From: an uncultured Gammaproteobacteria bacterium
GTDB taxonomy: Bacteria > Patescibacteriota > Microgenomatia > Daviesbacterales > UBA10151
DNA length: 64,000 nucleotides
NCBI GenBank assembly: GCA_964551605.1
Contig: CAZKCV010000005.1
Location: 7,104 to 71,103, forward strand
Direction of reading: 5' to 3'
Shown here: piece after piece, positions 41,867 to 49,701 of the stretch
Position numbering within the stretch: the first letter of the stretch is position 1
Layout of the letters: each line of letters starts with the position of its first letter
Translations under genes and position numbers: made by a program
Notes under the pieces: model-generated
What the model was told of the DNA's origin: nothing
What the model saw: the letters and a program-made list of their open reading frames with translations, nothing else
The model's database searches: none

Positions 41867-42445
41867 ATGCCCAAATCCAAGCCTCCGCTGACTATTAAAT
41901 TAAACCTGCTTAAACCCCAAAGCAACCCGGAAAAGATTTTGGTTAAATTGATCCGCTGGTTACTTTCTTCCGGACGTTTCATCTTTGTGGCGGTAAATGC
42001 CATAGTACTAATTGCTTTTGGGGCACGCTTTAAGCTTGATGCTGACTTAGCTACGAAGAAAGAGGCTATTGAACAACAAATCCCTTATATTGAAAGTCTC
42101 GGGATCTATGAAAAGTTGATTAGGGAAACTCAGTTTAAGCTGGCAACGATTGATAATGTCAAAAATAGTAATACCGATTGGATAATGATCTTAAAAAAAA
42201 TTGCTGATCAAACCCCACTTGGAGTCAAAGTGACTAGTATTAATATAAAAAAAGATATCGGTTCTGCCAGTATACATATTAATGGTGAAACCGGAACAAA
42301 TAATAATTTGACCAGCTTTATCCGTGGTCTAAAAGAAGAAGCCGTCTTTAGCGATGTAAACCTTGCCGGGATCGGATTGGAACAAGACATTATCAAATTT
42401 ACGATTGATGCTTCTGTTAAATTAACAGGAGGGAAAAAGCTTTGA
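41867..42445 (+). CDS. pilN: Type IV pilus assembly PilN-like protein
   Basis: LNLL motif, TM, coiled coil, TPLGV.V..I...I.G, F..V.L. Confidence 0.8.
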   Translation: MPKSKPPLTIKLNLLKPQSNPEKILVKLIRWLLSSGRFIFVAVNAIVLIAFGARFKLDADLATKKEAIEQQIPYIESLGIYEKLIRETQFKLATIDNVKNSNTDWIMILKKIADQTPLGVKVTSINIKKDIGSASIHINGETGTNNNLTSFIRGLKEEAVFSDVNLAGIGLEQDIIKFTIDASVKLTGGKKL

Positions 42446-43047
42446 AAAGCAAATCTTCGCTTTACTCCAGATATTTTACTTACATTAAGCCGATCGGCAA
42501 ATTACCTATTGTTAAAAATTATGGGCCTACAATATTCACGCTTCTAACTATGACACTCCTAATATTTTTTGCACTAAAACCTACTGTCGAAACAATCCTG
42601 GTACTACGGAAGAAGTTGGCAAATCAGGAAGAAGTCTTACAAAAAGTTACCCGAAAGGCAAATAATCTCTCTTTGGGCAAAAGAAATTTTGATAATTTAG
42701 ACCCGGTCATGAAAGAAAAAATTTCCGCGGCAATCCCGGACAAGGTCAACCTCAAATCACTAATCGAATCTTTAGAAAAGACTGCCAGGATATATGAAGC
42801 ATCAGTTTCAGCTCTGCAGATCCAACCCTTTATTATAGAAGAAAGGATAGAAAATAAGCTGGGTTCTTTAACTGAAGTTTCCTTTACTTTCAATGTGGAA
42901 GGGGAGTATGAAAACCTAACTGCTCTACTACAGGATCTCAAAAGTAGTGGTAGGCTAATCTCTATTGAGAACCTGTCTTTGTCTAAAGCCAGTGAGACGG
43001 AAAACTTAATTATGTCTTTATCAGGTAAGGCTTACCATCTAAAATAA
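42442..43047 (+). CDS. pilO: Type IV pilus assembly PilO-like protein
   Basis: TM, coiled coil, AIP, VEGEY..L..LL..L...RLI.I. Confidence 0.82.
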   Translation: MKSKSSLYSRYFTYIKPIGKLPIVKNYGPTIFTLLTMTLLIFFALKPTVETILVLRKKLANQEEVLQKVTRKANNLSLGKRNFDNLDPVMKEKISAAIPDKVNLKSLIESLEKTARIYEASVSALQIQPFIIEERIENKLGSLTEVSFTFNVEGEYENLTALLQDLKSSGRLISIENLSLSKASETENLIMSLSGKAYHLK

Positions 43048-43052
43048 ATCAG

Positions 43053-43223
43053 ATGACCAGAAAAGAATGGCTTATTGCTACAATTTTACTTTTTGTTACA
43101 ATCATTACCTGGGTGGTGTTGGATATACTCCACAACTACTCAAAGGTGGAGATACCGGATAAAGTACAGAAAATCATTGAACCGATTAGCCCGGACTTTA
43201 ACACCCAAAGCTTGGAAAATTAA
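43053..43223 (+). CDS. Small membrane protein (56 aa, not in the ORF track) in the PilP position
   Basis: Hand translation MTRKEWLIATILLFVTIITWVVLDILHNYSKVEIPDKVQKIIEPISPDFNTQSLEN*; fills the operon gap. Confidence 0.75.
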   Translation: MTRKEWLIATILLFVTIITWVVLDILHNYSKVEIPDKVQKIIEPISPDFNTQSLEN

Positions 43224-43226
43224 CAC

Positions 43227-44144
43227 ATGAAGGAATTTATCAGTAAATCTAAAATCCCGACCCTTTTGGGACTTAGTATAATTTTTTTCGGGCTGGTAGG
43301 AGGAGTTTATCTAGTACTCAGGGAACAAACATTTCTTTCCCAGGCTGCCCCTAACTTCACGCCCCAAAACGTCACTATTACCAATATCGCCGATAACTCA
43401 GTAGTAATTTCCTGGCAGACAAACTCCGTCGCTCCTTCTTTTATTACTTTCGGACAAAATAGCCCAAGCGGGCAAACTGCCTCAGATGACCGTGACGAAG
43501 CTGCCCCCAAGCCCCGCTTAACTCATTATGTCACCCTTAAAAATCTTCTGCCTAAGACTGGTTATCAATTTAAGATTACTTCCGGCAAACTGACTTCTGA
43601 TGTCCAAAGATTTGAAACTGCCACGCCCTTAACCAGCCAAACCGGTTTCACGCCAATCATAGGTTCTGTACTTGACGGGAATACCCCCTTAGAAGAAGGT
43701 GTGGCTTTTCTTTTTTTACCGGAAGCTACTGTCCAGTCTTCAGTAATTAAGGCAGGAAATTTTCTAATTCCCCTTACACAAATCCGCCGTGCTGACCTTA
43801 CTGATGCATACCAACTGACAGAAGGAATGATTGTTAAGCTGACTGTTAAATCAGTAAAAGGCGAGGCAAATTTGGAATTCATGCTGCGAGCCGATTCCTC
43901 CCCATTACCTCCGCTAAAATTGGGTGAAAGTGTAGACTTAACTATACAAGCGCCTTCGTCTCCGGCTTCGCCGGATCCTAGCCGATATGACTTAAACGGG
44001 GATGGAATAATAAATACTACTGACTATACCACTCTTCTGCAAAACTTAGGTGAAAATCCTAAAAATGAAAGGGCCGATATCAACGGAGATGGGGTAGTAA
44101 ATCAACAAGACCGGGATTTAATGTCCCAAAAACTTAAAGAGTAA
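43227..44144 (+). CDS. Membrane-anchored Fn3-like protein with C-terminal dockerin/EF-hand pair
   Basis: PQNVTITNI..S.VISWQT, HYVTLKNL.P.T.Y; DLNGDGIINTTD and DINGDGVVNQQD. Confidence 0.8.
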   Translation: MKEFISKSKIPTLLGLSIIFFGLVGGVYLVLREQTFLSQAAPNFTPQNVTITNIADNSVVISWQTNSVAPSFITFGQNSPSGQTASDDRDEAAPKPRLTHYVTLKNLLPKTGYQFKITSGKLTSDVQRFETATPLTSQTGFTPIIGSVLDGNTPLEEGVAFLFLPEATVQSSVIKAGNFLIPLTQIRRADLTDAYQLTEGMIVKLTVKSVKGEANLEFMLRADSSPLPPLKLGESVDLTIQAPSSPASPDPSRYDLNGDGIINTTDYTTLLQNLGENPKNERADINGDGVVNQQDRDLMSQKLKE

Positions 44145-44781
44145 AATCTCCCTTAAACTTATTTACCAGCAAAAATTCTGCCTGGGGTTTTTCTAAGAGG
44201 CCGGATTTAAGCTTGAAATCAATTTCCAAAAGATCCTTATAGAGGTTCTCTATACCTTCTGTGCTAAATCTGGCTCGTTGCCTAGCTAGTTTTTTGCGGA
44301 CAAAATCCGGGGCATTCTTAGGGGTAGCTACTAAATTACGAAGCAGGTAAAAAGCCATTGTCAGGCAGTAATGAATATCAAACCCCGCCTGTTTTATTTT
44401 TTCCATCTCCAAAAAAGCATTCTGGTCTTTGGCTGCTAAATAATCCAGAAACGGAAATACTGAAATTTCTCTTGCCTCCGGAAAAAATAGCGGCTCAAAC
44501 CCAGGCCATTTTTTTGTATCTACCTCATGATCAAACCACAAAATTAGGGTATATGATATAGAGTATAGGGTATAGTTAGATAATTCTTCTGAAGGATTTT
44601 CTAAGATAATTAATTGTTGGTCGGGAAAAAGAGGGGATGTTACCAAACTTCCTTTGATAACTTGCAAATCCGTTCCTTCTTCAAAAACTACTATATTATC
44701 CTGACTGAACTTTTTTTTGAGTTCCTGAAGTTTTCTCCTGGAAGCGTTAATTGCGGGCCCGTGCAGCAGCTGTAGCGTCAT
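44134..44781 (-). CDS. holA: DNA polymerase III delta-like subunit (short; likely start 44781)
   Basis: LLHG start, SPLF....LIILEN, LLEIDFKLKSG C-terminal motif. Confidence 0.7.
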   Translation of the reverse strand: MTLQLLHGPAINASRRKLQELKKKFSQDNIVVFEEGTDLQVIKGSLVTSPLFPDQQLIILENPSEELSNYTLYSISYTLILWFDHEVDTKKWPGFEPLFFPEAREISVFPFLDYLAAKDQNAFLEMEKIKQAGFDIHYCLTMAFYLLRNLVATPKNAPDFVRKKLARQRARFSTEGIENLYKDLLEIDFKLKSGLLEKPQAEFLLVNKFKGDFTL

Positions 44782-45994
44782 ATTCGGTGATTTCTCCTGT
44801 GAGTATCTTTCTAACATATTCATGGACGGTTGAAAAGTCATCATCTTCCGAGATTAATACATAAGCCCCTCCAAAACTTCCCCGCGGGGGGTTAACCAGA
44901 AGAGATGATTTATTATCAGGCAGGCCTATTTTTGGAGAATCATCCAGTATAAAGCTCCTTGTCCGGTCAATCTTGCCGGCTAGTTTATAAAATTCTAAGG
45001 TATCTTTAATAGGTACATCTGTATCAATGCTTTTTCCCAGGGTGCTGATCAAATCTCCTATCCTTTGAGGATTGGCCAAAGTTTCCAGGGAAAGTATTTT
45101 ACCCTTAACTGCCTCCAGCACTTTTTGCTGCCTTTTTGACCTGGCAAAATCAGACCCCTCATTATTAGTTCCATGCCTGGATCTGGTAAAACTCAAAGCT
45201 ACTGCCCCGTCCATATGCATTTCTCCTGACTTAAAACTTATATGCTCATAGCGACAACTGAAATATTTAATTCCCTTATCTTCTTCTGCAGCATCTGTGG
45301 CGATTTTACCTTCTTTATCAATTAAGACCTTTTTTTTACCCGCTTCGATATTTAGATTTTTTGCTTCCTCTTCATTAAACTCCATTTCCTTTTCTTCCAT
45401 TCCGCACAAATCATTTTCTTTACCTTCAATCGGGTATAAATAATCATCAAAGGGATTCTCTACTAACACATCTATTCCGTCTATGGCATCTATTGCCTGC
45501 ACAAAACCTCTGAAATCCACTCTTAGGGCATAGTGAATTGGGATGTCCAGGATATTACCTACCACTGTCTTGGTTAGCCCCAGCCCGTCCCCTTCGGATA
45601 AACCTTTTTGATAAACTGCGTTAACCTTGCTCTGCGTAAAAGGTAACCATAAATCCCTCGGGAGGGAAATTAAATCAACTTCATTAGCTTTTAAGTTATA
45701 TGAAGCTACCATGATGGTATCAGTCAAGTTGCTGCCGTCATGCCGTCCCCCGGCAATTCCTAAAAATAAGACATTTACTCTGCCATCTGAAGATTTAAGG
45801 GAGGTACCGGAGATAATGGAAGTCACATAAGAGCCGGTTTCGGAAAAGGTAGTCAGAAAAATAGCCAAAGCCATAAATATACCAATAACTAACATCCAGG
45901 GGAAAAGTTTCTTAAAAATTTTTTCTACTCTTCTTAGCTTTAAGGGGTTATCTTTTTCGCTTTTTCCGAGTCTTAAAGGTTGCAAAGTTTTCAC
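44747..45994 (-). CDS. LCP (LytR-CpsA-Psr) family protein
   Basis: NVLFLG, TDTIMV, ISLPRDLW, DF.GF...ID, RSRH, SDFARSKRQQ. Confidence 0.95.
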   Translation of the reverse strand: MKTLQPLRLGKSEKDNPLKLRRVEKIFKKLFPWMLVIGIFMALAIFLTTFSETGSYVTSIISGTSLKSSDGRVNVLFLGIAGGRHDGSNLTDTIMVASYNLKANEVDLISLPRDLWLPFTQSKVNAVYQKGLSEGDGLGLTKTVVGNILDIPIHYALRVDFRGFVQAIDAIDGIDVLVENPFDDYLYPIEGKENDLCGMEEKEMEFNEEEAKNLNIEAGKKKVLIDKEGKIATDAAEEDKGIKYFSCRYEHISFKSGEMHMDGAVALSFTRSRHGTNNEGSDFARSKRQQKVLEAVKGKILSLETLANPQRIGDLISTLGKSIDTDVPIKDTLEFYKLAGKIDRTRSFILDDSPKIGLPDNKSSLLVNPPRGSFGGAYVLISEDDDFSTVHEYVRKILTGEITEYDATAAARARN

Positions 45995-46000
45995 TTATTA

Positions 46001-46690
46001 TTACTCCACCACAGCTTGACAAATTTTAATAAATTCTTCCGTATCTAAAGAGGCATTGCCTACTAAAACTCCGCTGATATTTTCCTCTTTGATAAAATCA
46101 GTAACGTTTCCTGAATTAACACTGCCTCCGTAAAGTACTTCCATATCAGGTCTGACTTGTTTAAAAGAGCTTGCCATATTATTAGCATCTTCCGGGGTGT
46201 CTGCTCTTCCAGTCCCAGGAGTATTAGTTAATCCGGTACTAATTGCCCACACCGGTTCATAAGCTACCAACTTACAACCATCAGGTACTGGTGTTTCACT
46301 ACCTTGTACGCATACCAGCGGCGTAATGTCATTTGCTAAAGCCTGTTCTGTTTTTTTCGCTACTATCTCATCTGTTTCACTAAAATTTTCCCGTCGTTCA
46401 CTATGACCCAAAATCACCAAATCAATCAATCCTTTTAATAGTCCTGCTGATTCTTCACCGGTATAAGCACCCACCCCAAAAGGAGACAAATCCTGAGCAC
46501 CTGTTAACAAAGGGAAACCACCAACGGTAATAGTCTTTTTAACCTCAGCAAGATCGCTAAAAGTCGGACAAACCACCACTTTTAAATTATCCTGCTTAGG
46601 AATTTTCGGGCCAACCTGGGAAATCCAGTCTAAAGCCTCGCTAATATTTTTATTGCTTTTCCAGTTAGCAATAATCCAAATATCCTTCAT
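46001..46690 (-). CDS. tpiA: Triosephosphate isomerase
   Basis: ANWK, GHSERR, AYEPVWAI, LYGGSV. Confidence 0.97.
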   Translation of the reverse strand: MKDIWIIANWKSNKNISEALDWISQVGPKIPKQDNLKVVVCPTFSDLAEVKKTITVGGFPLLTGAQDLSPFGVGAYTGEESAGLLKGLIDLVILGHSERRENFSETDEIVAKKTEQALANDITPLVCVQGSETPVPDGCKLVAYEPVWAISTGLTNTPGTGRADTPEDANNMASSFKQVRPDMEVLYGGSVNSGNVTDFIKEENISGVLVGNASLDTEEFIKICQAVVE

Positions 46691-46790
46691 AATTTCTAAT
46701 TTTTAATTACTAATTTCTAATCAAATCCCAATGACTAAATTTCTAAACTAGACATTAGTCATTATTTAGATCAATTAGGTTAATTAGTAA

Positions 46791-47102
46791 TTAGGTCAAT
46801 TCTTTTCCCCACCATCCATACTTTTCCAAGTTTACCATGAAATCAGTCGTCACTTCTATGCCTTCCTGCTCCAGCAGAGCTTTTTGAAGCTTTTTGGGAT
46901 GGTCAAGACACTTAGTAGAAATAAATCCATGGCGGTTGACTACCCGATGCCAAGGGGTATTTTCTCCCTGGTAATGTAAAATTCCCCCCACTAACCTGGC
47001 CCCTCTTGGAATTCCCGCTAAAATAGCCACAGTACCATAAGAGGTTACCTTACCATAGGGAATCTTTTTTACAATTTTAATGACTCGATCTTTGAAGTTC
47101 AT
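46791..47102 (-). CDS. Alkyltransferase-like (ATL/MGMT family) protein
   Basis: IPYGKVTSYG, ARLVG, PWHRVV (Trp replaces the catalytic Cys). Confidence 0.92.
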   Translation of the reverse strand: MNFKDRVIKIVKKIPYGKVTSYGTVAILAGIPRGARLVGGILHYQGENTPWHRVVNRHGFISTKCLDHPKKLQKALLEQEGIEVTTDFMVNLEKYGWWGKELT

Positions 47103-48106
47103 TGAATAAAGTAAACCATATTTTTCAGGTTCTGGGCAACCTTAAAACTATTCGTATGACTTAAATACCCCAAATATGATTGCAAAGACTGGTTAAAATT
47201 TTCAGAACCAACTTTTTCATTTAATTTTTTAAATATCCTTTTTTTAGTTTTGGTTCTTGGTAATACATAGTGCGGCAGGGCAATATAACCCAGAAAATCA
47301 ATTCCCCAATCAGGTCGGCGAAGAATAATCTTTTTGGGATGTAATTCTAGTTTTAGTTTTTCTTGTAGAAACATCTTCATCAACTCGATTAAATGACTTA
47401 AATTATTTTTGCTGGTGGATAAAAATAAAAAGTCATCAGCATAACGAATATAATATTTAAACTTGAGCTTTTGTTTTATGTATTGATCCAACTCATTCAT
47501 GTAGATATTTGCGAAAACTTGAGAAGTTAGGTTGCCCAGTGGGATTCCTTTCTTTTCTCCGCATTCAGAATGGAAACTATTTATTATTTCCCCTAATAAC
47601 CATAAAATGTTTTGGTCATTAATCTTTTTCCTTAAAAACTTCAACAAGTTTTCATGGTTTACATTCGCAAAGAATTTTTTAATATCACATTTTAAAGCCC
47701 AACAAGGCCTTGTATAATTTCTGCTTATTTTCCGTGCAAACTTCTCAAGCCGCAGGACTCCTTTATGCGTTCCTTTTTCTAATCTGCAAGAATAGGAATC
47801 AAAAATAAAGGTTTTGTCGAAAATTTCGTTGAGATATTTATATAAAAGGTGATGAACAACCCTATCTTGCACTGATGCTTTATGAATGTGCCTTCTTTTT
47901 GGATCATGGACAAAGAAGGCAAAATAATTTCCGTGCCGATAGGTTTTCTTTATTAAACTCTCATGTAAAGCAAACAAATTATCTTCTAAATTTCTTTCAA
48001 ACTCTTGCACATCTTTCCTTTTTCTCTTACCAGCCCTAAACTCACTCCACGCTTGAAATAAATCCTCGGCTGATGTAAGTTGAGAATACGATTTATGAGT
48101 AATCAT
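47099..48106 (-). CDS. DGR reverse transcriptase
   Basis: DRVVHH, SYSCR..KGTH, LKCDIKKFF, GIPLGNLTSQ (DGR-type SQ), YIRYADD, GIDFLGY. Confidence 0.97.
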   Translation of the reverse strand: MITHKSYSQLTSAEDLFQAWSEFRAGKRKRKDVQEFERNLEDNLFALHESLIKKTYRHGNYFAFFVHDPKRRHIHKASVQDRVVHHLLYKYLNEIFDKTFIFDSYSCRLEKGTHKGVLRLEKFARKISRNYTRPCWALKCDIKKFFANVNHENLLKFLRKKINDQNILWLLGEIINSFHSECGEKKGIPLGNLTSQVFANIYMNELDQYIKQKLKFKYYIRYADDFLFLSTSKNNLSHLIELMKMFLQEKLKLELHPKKIILRRPDWGIDFLGYIALPHYVLPRTKTKKRIFKKLNEKVGSENFNQSLQSYLGYLSHTNSFKVAQNLKNMVYFIQ

Positions 48107-48120
48107 CTTTTAAGAAATAC

Positions 48121-48135
48121 CACACACACACACAC
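48121..48135. repeat. (CA)7C dinucleotide tract between the RT start and the avd body
   Basis: cacacacacacacac read directly; only long dinucleotide run I noticed in the window. Confidence 0.95.
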
Positions 48136-48485
48136 TGGCTAAATCTAGCCTTGATATCCCGATTTTTGCTAAACTTTATGATTTTTACAAAAATTTGAGT
48201 CAATTTCTGGCATCTTTTCCAAAAAACAAACGTTATACTTTAGGTCAAAAAATAGACCAAATCACTATAGATATTATTGAGCTGACTATTACGGCGGGAT
48301 ACTTACCCAGAGAGCAAAAACTACCAATTCTGCAAAAAATCAGTACCAAGCTTGACCTTTTAAAAATACTTTTAAGAATAGCCTGGGAAACAAAAAGCTT
48401 CAATAATAATAGGTACCAACTCCTAACCTCCCAGCTAATTGAAATAGGCAAAATGCTGGGAGGCTGGATTAAAATTTTTAGGTAA
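48135..48485 (+). CDS. avd: Avd (DGR accessory four-helix-bundle protein); start unresolved or frameshifted
   Basis: Frame open from 48114: ..LDIPIFAKLYDFYKNL..FPKNKRYTLGQKI...LDLLKILLR...EIGKMLGGW; no in-frame ATG upstream. Confidence 0.9.
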   Translation: MAKSSLDIPIFAKLYDFYKNLSQFLASFPKNKRYTLGQKIDQITIDIIELTITAGYLPREQKLPILQKISTKLDLLKILLRIAWETKSFNNNRYQLLTSQLIEIGKMLGGWIKIFR

Positions 48486-48491
48486 CGGATG

Positions 48492-48606
48492 CTTCCAGAG
48501 GACGAAACGCAATATTGTCATTGTGGTTATCAGTCCAATTGTAGTTTACGTTACTCAAGCCACCATTGTCAGAATTCCCGCCAATGAGACGGTTATCGAC
48601 CCCGAA
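48492..48606 (-). repeat. DGR template repeat (TR)
   Basis: 115 nt aligning ungapped to 48948-49062; 19 mismatches, 18 at TR adenines (minus strand); 9 AAY codons. Confidence 0.96.
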
Positions 48607-48676
48607 TATAGTACCCAAATCCGCAACTTAACTCCACTGTGGCTTCATAACAAACTGTCGCCACTGTATTTTATCC

Positions 48677-48694
48677 CTCCGCCGGTAGGCGGAG
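48677..48694. repeat. GC-rich hairpin CTCCGCC-ggta-GGCGGAG upstream of TR
   Basis: Perfect 7-bp stem; role in the DGR unknown. Confidence 0.6.
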
Positions 48695-48909
48695 CAAAGA
48701 TTCAGGCACGTAGCTTCCTTTTCCTAATTTTACCTGAGCATCACTCCCTTAATCTCCTTGAAGATTAAAGCTCTGGATACTTGATCCGGCAAAAAACAAG
48801 GTGATCCTAAACCGTAATCTAGAATTCATGAACCTTATCGAAGGAATTGTAAAAAAATAATCCCAAGTTTTCAAGAACTAAAAATTCAAGGGTTTTTCCA
48901 AGAAAAAAG

Positions 48910-49680
48910 TTACCAGGTTACCAAGCTTTGAGGCTGGGAAAGGAAAACTACCAGAGGACGAAACGCAAGACCGTCACAGTGGTGACCAGTCCAATCGTAG
49001 AGTACGTGACTCAAGCCACCACTGCCAGAACCCCCGCCAATGAAACGGTGAGCGACCCCGAACTTATCATCAAACCCCTCCCAAGTAGGATCTTCTCCTA
49101 AATACTGATAACGGAGATTTCCTGCAAAGTTAAACTCCGCAGCTTTCGGCCTTCTTATTGCCACCAGACCGGAAGCTATATGATCAACTAAACGTAGTGG
49201 TTTTGCTAATTCCGGGAATACATGGCTATCCTGTTCATCCATTGATACACCAAAACGGGAAGTTCTCGATCTGGTGCAACTAGGATCTTTAATTTTATCC
49301 AGACCTCTACCCGTTGCCAGAATTATACCGAACTCCTTATCTCCGGCAAATTCAGGTCTTCTGCTGTCATCAAATAAAGTCCAATAAGCTCCAATTTTAG
49401 CTGCATCAGGACTAATATTCGGCTTTCTGCCTGTCATCCATTCAAAAAACAGCGGATTTAATTTTTTCCAGCCGGGAGGTGTGGGTGAATCCAATCTGGT
49501 TTCTCCTAAAGGAAAATGGAAGGGTTTAAAGAAACCATACCCTTCACCTTCGGCTACTTTTTGCGATTCTAAAAACAACTTCGTGGGTACTGCAACGGGT
49601 ACATCAACTACTCCCAGCTTCTTTCTGTATTCTTCTTTAGCTTGTTCCACTAATTGGGGTGCACTAAGAAATTCTGACAT
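48910..49680 (-). CDS. DGR target protein with C-terminal variable region (CLec-like)
   Basis: RRPKAAE, WE, GG.S...AFRP C-terminal signature; contains the VR; no signal peptide or TM seen. Confidence 0.93.
   Translation of the reverse strand: MSEFLSAPQLVEQAKEEYRKKLGVVDVPVAVPTKLFLESQKVAEGEGYGFFKPFHFPLGETRLDSPTPPGWKKLNPLFFEWMTGRKPNISPDAAKIGAYWTLFDDSRRPEFAGDKEFGIILATGRGLDKIKDPSCTRSRTSRFGVSMDEQDSHVFPELAKPLRLVDHIASGLVAIRRPKAAEFNFAGNLRYQYLGEDPTWEGFDDKFGVAHRFIGGGSGSGGLSHVLYDWTGHHCDGLAFRPLVVFLSQPQSLVTW
48948..49062 (-). repeat. DGR variable region (VR)
   Basis: Encodes FGVAHRFIGGGSGSGGLSHVLYDWTGHHCDGLAFRPLV vs TR FGVDNRLIGGNSDNGGLSNVNYNWTDNHNDNIAFRPLE. Confidence 0.96.
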
Positions 49681-49701
49681 ATAGCTGCTTATAATATCAT
49701 C

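Larger units (their letters stand above)
47099..49680 (-). mobile_element. Diversity-generating retroelement (target/VR - TR - avd on opposite strand - RT)
   Basis: RT, Avd and a TR/VR pair with adenine-specific mismatches, all within 2.6 kb. Confidence 0.97.

Noticed and set aside
47099-48106. RT as a group II intron or retron
   Set aside because: No maturase/endonuclease extension or retron VTG motif; the SQ motif, Avd and TR/VR identify a DGR
48523-48768. 81-aa plus-strand ORF over the TR
   Set aside because: Antisense to the TR with no recognisable motif; probably incidental
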